Source: Xylographa opegraphella
Lineage: Eukaryota
Assembly: GCA_022813865.1 (NCBI GenBank)
Contig: JALDZX010000009.1
Location: 434,001 to 498,000, forward strand
Direction of reading: 5' to 3'
Length of the DNA: 64,000 bases
The notes beneath the pieces were generated by a model. It saw only the letters and a list, made by a program, of their open reading frames with translations, did no database searches and was not told the DNA's origin. Numbering within the stretch: position 1 is the first letter of the stretch; every line of letters begins with the position of its first letter. The translations under genes were made by a program, and so were the position numbers. Positions 58,772 to 64,000 of the stretch are shown one piece after another.

Positions 58772-59968
58772 ATGAGCACCCTCTCAGATACCGGCAAGAC
58801 CTCTTCGCCACCCAGCGGGTTCCGTCCAACCAACGGCCGCCCCAACGGTGGCCCTCAAGCCATCAACGGTCTCATCAACGTCCAGCCACCGCGCCGTGAA
58901 GACCTCCAGCCCGCATATGCGCAGATCTTGCAAGGCGAGAGCGAGGATGCTGGCACCCACGGCTGGTACGGATCTATGAGTACGTTTCGATCGCTTCGTG
59001 TGTCATCAAGGAACAGACGCTAATCCTGCGGCAGTCAATAACCTTGGTTCATGCATTGGTTTCTGCGGAGCCATCCCGTGCTGTGTCGTCTGCCCCAACC
59101 CCTACAAGCCAGTCAGCCAAGGAAATGTCGGTCTCGTGACCAAATTCGGTCGCTTCTACCGCGCTGTCGACCCGGGTCTCGTCAAGATCAACCCGCTGTC
59201 CGAGAAACTGATCCAGGTGGATGTCAAGATCCAGATCGTTGGTATGTGGCAATCAAACAAGAATCCACATTGAGCGACAAGTTGCTAACATTGCGCACAG
59301 AGGTACCGAAGCAGGTCTGCATGACCAAGGACAACGTCACTCTCCACCTCACCTCGGTCATCTACTACCACATCACGTCCCCGCACAAGGCCGCCTTCGG
59401 AATCTCCAACATCCGCCAAGCTCTTGTCGAGCGGACCCAGACCACTCTCCGTCATGTCGTGGGTGCTCGCGTCCTGCAGGACGTGATCGAGCGTCGGGAG
59501 GAACTTGCACAATCGATCGGCGAGATCATCGAAGATGTCGCTTCCGGGTGGGGTGTCCAGGTCGAGTCCATGCTCATCAAGGACATCATCTTCAGCAACG
59601 AGCTCCAGGATTCGCTTTCCATGGCTGCGCAGAGCAAGCGTATCGGAGAGTCGAAGGTCATCGCCGCTCGTGCCGAAGTGGAGAGCGCCAAGTTGATGAG
59701 ACAGGCCGCCGACATCTTGAGCAGCGCCCCGGCCATGCAAATCAGATACCTCGAAGCCATGCAAGCAATGGCCAAGAGTGCAAATTCAAAGGTGATCTTC
59801 TTGCCTGGACCAAGCAACCCAGCGCAGCAGCAACTCGCACAGGCGGATTCCTATGGTGAGGGACCCAGCAGTCACGGCTTAAGCAAGAAGCAAAGCGAGC
59901 CATACAACGGCGACTCCAACGACGGGTTCCAGCAAGCGATGAACGCCCGAGTCATTGAGAACATTTGA
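58772..59968 (+). CDS. Stomatin / band 7 / SPFH domain protein (3 exons)
   Basis: Introns 58980-59034 and 59242-59300; GLVTKFGRF.RAVDPGL, PKQVCMTKDNVT, ERTQTTLRHVVG, WGVQVESMLIKDI, AMQIRYLEAM. Confidence 0.95.
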
Positions 59969-60503
59969 GCGACTGTGATATCACGTGGCTGTGAGGGGAG
60001 GCGGTAGTAATGGGACATGCTCGTGTTGGAATATGTTCGGTGGGGCAAAAGGGCTCGTCAAGGGCCTCAGCGTGGTTCTATTGTCCATTTTCATGGCCCA
60101 TTCTCTCGTTTCCCGCTTGATACCCTTGATTTTGGTCGTTGGTGCATGGAATTTATATTCGAGATATTGCGATTTGGATCCGAGGTACCGTTCATATGAT
60201 TGCACAATGTGATCCGGGACCTACGAGTGACTGATGCTAAGATGTAATTGTGAGAGCAGGCTTGCTGTGCCCACCACAAATAAATATCAGATGAATGTAT
60301 ATTATATAGTTCTACAAAACTTATCATTCTTGCCATTCAAATAAATATGAGATTGGATAGGTATTCATTATTGATACACACTCGGAAATGTACTAGAAAT
60401 CCAATCCGTGAATATTCCAACGTCATAGTCACGTGCCGCGACCAGTCGACTAATTCCACCACGATGTTGAAATCCTTGCACCACCACACCACCCCCCCAC
60501 AAC

Positions 60504-61985
60504 ATGGCCGCCGAATTCCTCGCCACCCACGGCATCGACCTCCAAGCCGAGATGTCAAAAGTCCAATTCGGGACCGCGATTCCGCACTCTCCTGACCACG
60601 ATTCACCGTCCCCCACCACCGACGACTCCTCCACCCTGCCCCTCCCCGTCCCTGTTCCACTCACCACCCTCCCCTCCATCCTCCTCCCGTCCTCCCCCAC
60701 CACCCCCTACACGCTCACACTCTCCGCCTCCCCCTCCGTCATAACCTCCATCCACCCCTCGACCTCCCCCCTCCCCCCTCTCCTCGCCCTCCCCTCCCTC
60801 TGCCACCCCCACATCCACCTCGACAAAGCGCACCTCAACTCGCACCCCACCTTCGCCGACTTGCAACCGCCAAGCTCCTCCTTCGCCTCCGCCCTCACCA
60901 CCACCGCCCGCGCCAAAGCGCTCTTCACCCCCGCCGACCTGCTCACCCGCGGCAACTGGCTGCTCGCCGAGTCCGTCGCCGCGGGCGTGTCGCACGTGCG
61001 CGCCTTCGTCGAAGCCGACTCCACCGTCGGGCTCACGTGCGTGCACGCCGGCGTCCGGCTCCAGCGCCTCTGGCGCGCCCGCTGCACCGTGCAGCTGTGC
61101 GTGTTCGCGCAGGACCCCGTCTTCAGCGGCGGCGCGGCCGGGGACGGGCTCGAGAACCGCGCGCTGGTCGAGGAGGCTGCCGGCCTCGACGCCGTGGCCG
61201 CCGTGGGCAGCACGCCGTACGTGGAAGCCGACGCGGAGCGGGCGCGGCGCAACGTGCGCTGGGCGGTGCGGCTGGCGCTGCGGTCGCGCAAACACTTGGA
61301 CTTTCACCTGGACTACAACCTCGACGCCGGGAGGGAGCCGCTGGTGTGGTGCGTGCTGCAGACGCTGCGGCAGGAGGACTGGGTGCGCCGCAACCCGGGG
61401 CGGACGGTGTGCCTGGGGCATTGCACGCGGCTGACGCTGTTCGGGCGCGAAGATTGGACGCGCTTGCGGGACGCGGTGGCGGGCCTGCCGGTGTACTTCA
61501 TCGGCTTGCCGACGAGCGACCTCTTCATGATGGGGCGGCCAACGGAGGAAGAAGAAGGCCAGCGGCGCGATCGCGTGCGCGGCACGCTGCCGGTGCCGTG
61601 GATGGTGCGCGCGCTCGGCCTGCATACCGCGCTGGGCGTGAACAACGTCGGCAACGCCTTCACGCCGTGGGGCGGGGCGGACCCGCTCGGCCTGGCGGCG
61701 CTGGGCGTGGGCCTGTACCAGGCCGGCACCGCCGCCGACGCGGAGCTGCTGTACGAGTGCGTGTCGACGCGCGCAAGGGAGGCCATCGGCTTCGCGCCCA
61801 CGCCCGCGCCCGCGCAGCAGCTGTTGCTGCGCGAGGGCGACGCCGCTGATCTGGTGCTGTATGGGACGGAGGGACGGGGCGCGCCGCTGCGGAGGAGGCG
61901 GACGACTGTTAGGGAGGTGGTGTGCGATGCGGGACCGTGTAGGACGCTCGTCAAGGGCGGCTGTCGCGTGGTGGGGCTGCGGTGA
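60504..61985 (+). CDS. Metallo-dependent amidohydrolase, cytosine-deaminase-like
   Basis: LPSLCHPHIHLDKA (HxH metal site), GVSHVRAFVE.D, FAQDP, GSTPYVE, HLDFHLD, GHCTRL, GLPTSD, GVNNVGNAFTP.G, ADLVL. Confidence 0.9.
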   Translation: MAAEFLATHGIDLQAEMSKVQFGTAIPHSPDHDSPSPTTDDSSTLPLPVPVPLTTLPSILLPSSPTTPYTLTLSASPSVITSIHPSTSPLPPLLALPSLCHPHIHLDKAHLNSHPTFADLQPPSSSFASALTTTARAKALFTPADLLTRGNWLLAESVAAGVSHVRAFVEADSTVGLTCVHAGVRLQRLWRARCTVQLCVFAQDPVFSGGAAGDGLENRALVEEAAGLDAVAAVGSTPYVEADAERARRNVRWAVRLALRSRKHLDFHLDYNLDAGREPLVWCVLQTLRQEDWVRRNPGRTVCLGHCTRLTLFGREDWTRLRDAVAGLPVYFIGLPTSDLFMMGRPTEEEEGQRRDRVRGTLPVPWMVRALGLHTALGVNNVGNAFTPWGGADPLGLAALGVGLYQAGTAADAELLYECVSTRAREAIGFAPTPAPAQQLLLREGDAADLVLYGTEGRGAPLRRRRTTVREVVCDAGPCRTLVKGGCRVVGLR

Positions 61986-62483
61986 GGTGGGGGGGGGGAT
62001 GGCTGGTGCTTTCCGCCTGCTGTGCAGAGTGTTGGGTTTGTGGCGGATATGCTGTTATCGCCGCCTCCCCGTGGGGAAAGCTTTGTGGAGCGCGTTGGTG
62101 GAGGAGTGGTGCGACCGGGTGGGTGGGTGGGGGAGGATGGGATGGGGATGGAGAAGGGGAGTTTTTGAGGGAGAGAATTGGGTTTGCTTGGACGAGGAGA
62201 TGTAAAAGCGGGGGGGAGTGTGTACGAGGGAAAGAGATACATGAGAGAGGGGTGAATTAGAAGCGCAAGCGGAGGGGGGGGTATTATGGATCATTGTTAT
62301 CGAATGGCTTGATGAGATGCTCAAGCTCGGAGATCCGAAGGAGAAGTCAAAGAGTGGTTCAACGTTGCATTGTCGGTGACAAGAAGTATATATACTCTCC
62401 ACGCGCGCACCACCACCTCGAGCGGATACCTATAATTATGTACAAGGACCCTCGCTCACAATGCGGATTGAAGGAAGTTTTAA

Positions 62484-62532
62484 TCTCTCTCTCTCTCGCT
62501 CTCTCTCTCCCTCTCTCTTCCTCTCTTTCTCT
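62484..62532. repeat. Imperfect (CT)n microsatellite between convergent gene ends
   Basis: Direct reading. Confidence 0.85.
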
Positions 62533-62819
62533 AAGCCTTCTAGACATACACAATTTAAATAACGCTGACCCATTTTCGACTTTTCAGCACCCACCAAGGT
62601 GGTGAGACGGATATAATGCAGATGTGAACAAAAGACGCTTTCGTTAAGATGTCATGAAAGGCCCCGCGAAGGCGGGGTATTATTACCGACAAGTGTTAGA
62701 TATATGGGACGGCGACCGGAAGGAATCAGCGTAGCTAATCGCTCGAGTATGACGATGGTTTATGGTGATAATCGCTGATGTGGATGCTGAATCCGAAAGG
62801 ACGAGGAGAGGCTTCGGTC

Positions 62820-64000
62820 TTAGAAGACCGACGGAAGTCCAGACTTGGATTGTCGCTTGCTGAATCGCTTGAAACCCTTCAGTTCGTCCGGATTGCTGAT
62901 CGACGGGTGCTTCTTGAGATTGTTACGGCCAGTCATGGCTAAAGTGCTATGCGTTCGTCGATCCGCCACCATGTCCAAAGTATTCGTTGGACTAGGTAGT
63001 CCTGACTGTAGATCTTTAAATTCATCACCAGAGTAAGAATTGTTTTGGCTCTGTGAGAAGGCTATTTCCTGAGCACGATCAATGGCATCAATCCATTCTT
63101 GCGCTGCGGATGAGGTGGCTGACCCATCAGAAGATGCAGATTTAGGATCCTCGAACGTGTAATGCTTTTCACGCTGCGCAAAAACTTAGTACGAGGTAAA
63201 GAACCGAGTCTTCTGAGGACATACCGTATCGATGCACCAATAAGACAAGCCCTTTGAATCCTGCATCTTTCTCCATGCACAGCCAGCGCTAAGCAACGAG
63301 ATCTCCGTTTTCGTTTTCTTCTCGTCACCTCCGGCCGCCGCCATGATTACGCGAGCGCTGGATGTTACCATCACTAATCTCTGACGTTTCTTGGTGTTGT
63401 TGCCTCCAAAAAACCTTGAGAACTTGCTTCCGTCACCGTTGTGTCCGTTATTCTTGTTCGATGGACTGTGAGGGGTTGGTGCTGACAAGACCAAGAGGTT
63501 TCCAAGCTTCAAGATCCGCTCATTGTTCCTTGTCAGGACAGGAGACCATTCAATATCTAATTGACTAGGTGGCGGAAGTTCGGTAATGATCCGAGGAGAT
63601 GGACGTGCTGGTCCAGTATTGATGCTCGCACTGGATGCATTGATCGCTTTGGTGCTGTAAGAAGCGGCGATATCAGGCGGAAAGCTGTTGCCATCCCCAT
63701 TGCCACTCGAAATCCCATTAGAAACGCCAAGTCCATTAAGATTGATTGGCTCTGAAGCTGGGGGCCTGTAGCTTTTGAGTTTCGGTGCTTTCTGACTCCA
63801 TAACCCGCGTCCCCATGTTATACCGTCGAAGAATTCGTGATTCTTAATATGCTCAATAGTAAGACGACGAGATGGATCTAGGACTAGCAATCGTTCTACT
63901 AGATCTCGAGCAACTGGAGGAAAGCCTTGAGGAAAAGAGTAGTCGAGTGCCACAATCTTCTGGAAAGTCTGGTATTCATTCCCGGCCTTGAAAGGTGGAC
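62820..64000 (-). CDS. ksg1: PDK1-family protein kinase (Ksg1/Pkh), C-terminal kinase lobe plus PH domain; 5' part lies outside the window
   Basis: PPFKAGNEYQTFQKIVALDY.FP.GFP..ARDLVERLLVLDP..RL..EHIKNHEFF; PH-like ERILKLG...KKRQRLVMVTSS; intron after WCIDT (~63224-63174); final exon ends KRFSKRQSKSGLPSVF* at 62820. Confidence 0.93.

Noticed and set aside
60603..62242. Long antisense and alternate-frame ORFs (340, 309, 270, 194 aa) over the amidohydrolase
   Set aside because: Expected from very high GC and scarcity of stop codons; R/A/G/P-biased with no motifs.
62662..62677. CCCCGC-GAAG-GCGGGG hairpin resembling an intrinsic terminator
   Set aside because: Eukaryotic Pol II context, only 6 bp, no U-tract; likely chance.

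Overview
Gene-dense, intron-containing chromosomal DNA from a filamentous ascomycete (Pezizomycotina; short GT-AG introns with CTRAY branch sites; probably Eurotiomycetes, not provable from sequence alone). About 30 protein-coding genes can be reconstructed by hand-splicing. The left half (1-33.8 kb) is mostly housekeeping: PRS5, an RS-domain Hub1/UBL5, PIG-H/GPI15, RPC17 (missing from the ORF track), VMA6, DJ-1/PfpI, SDS3, an atypical Rho, DEG1, mitochondrial uS15, GEN1/YEN1, ARP10/11, DGK1, SPB4, a repeat-rich possible nucleoporin and RPS0. The best candidate for an undescribed system is a ~9 kb accessory-looking block at 34.2-43.1 kb. It holds two divergently transcribed, intronless Amidoligase_2-type (GS/GCS-fold COOH-NH2 ligase) paralogues with intact catalytic motifs. 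These are followed by a ~15-exon gene fusing a SesB-like alpha/beta-hydrolase (a domain known from fungal NLR N-termini) to a CorA-like GMN-motif membrane channel. The right part has mitochondrial SerRS, an apparently frameshifted hypothetical gene, homocysteine S-methyltransferase, a TLC protein, a His-rich small secreted protein, a GH31 alpha-xylosidase, an unknown membrane protein, stomatin, an amidohydrolase and the 3' part of a PDK1/Ksg1 kinase. No tRNA, rRNA, CRISPR array or intact transposon was recognised. All family calls come from motif recognition, not database searches, and splice models are manual.
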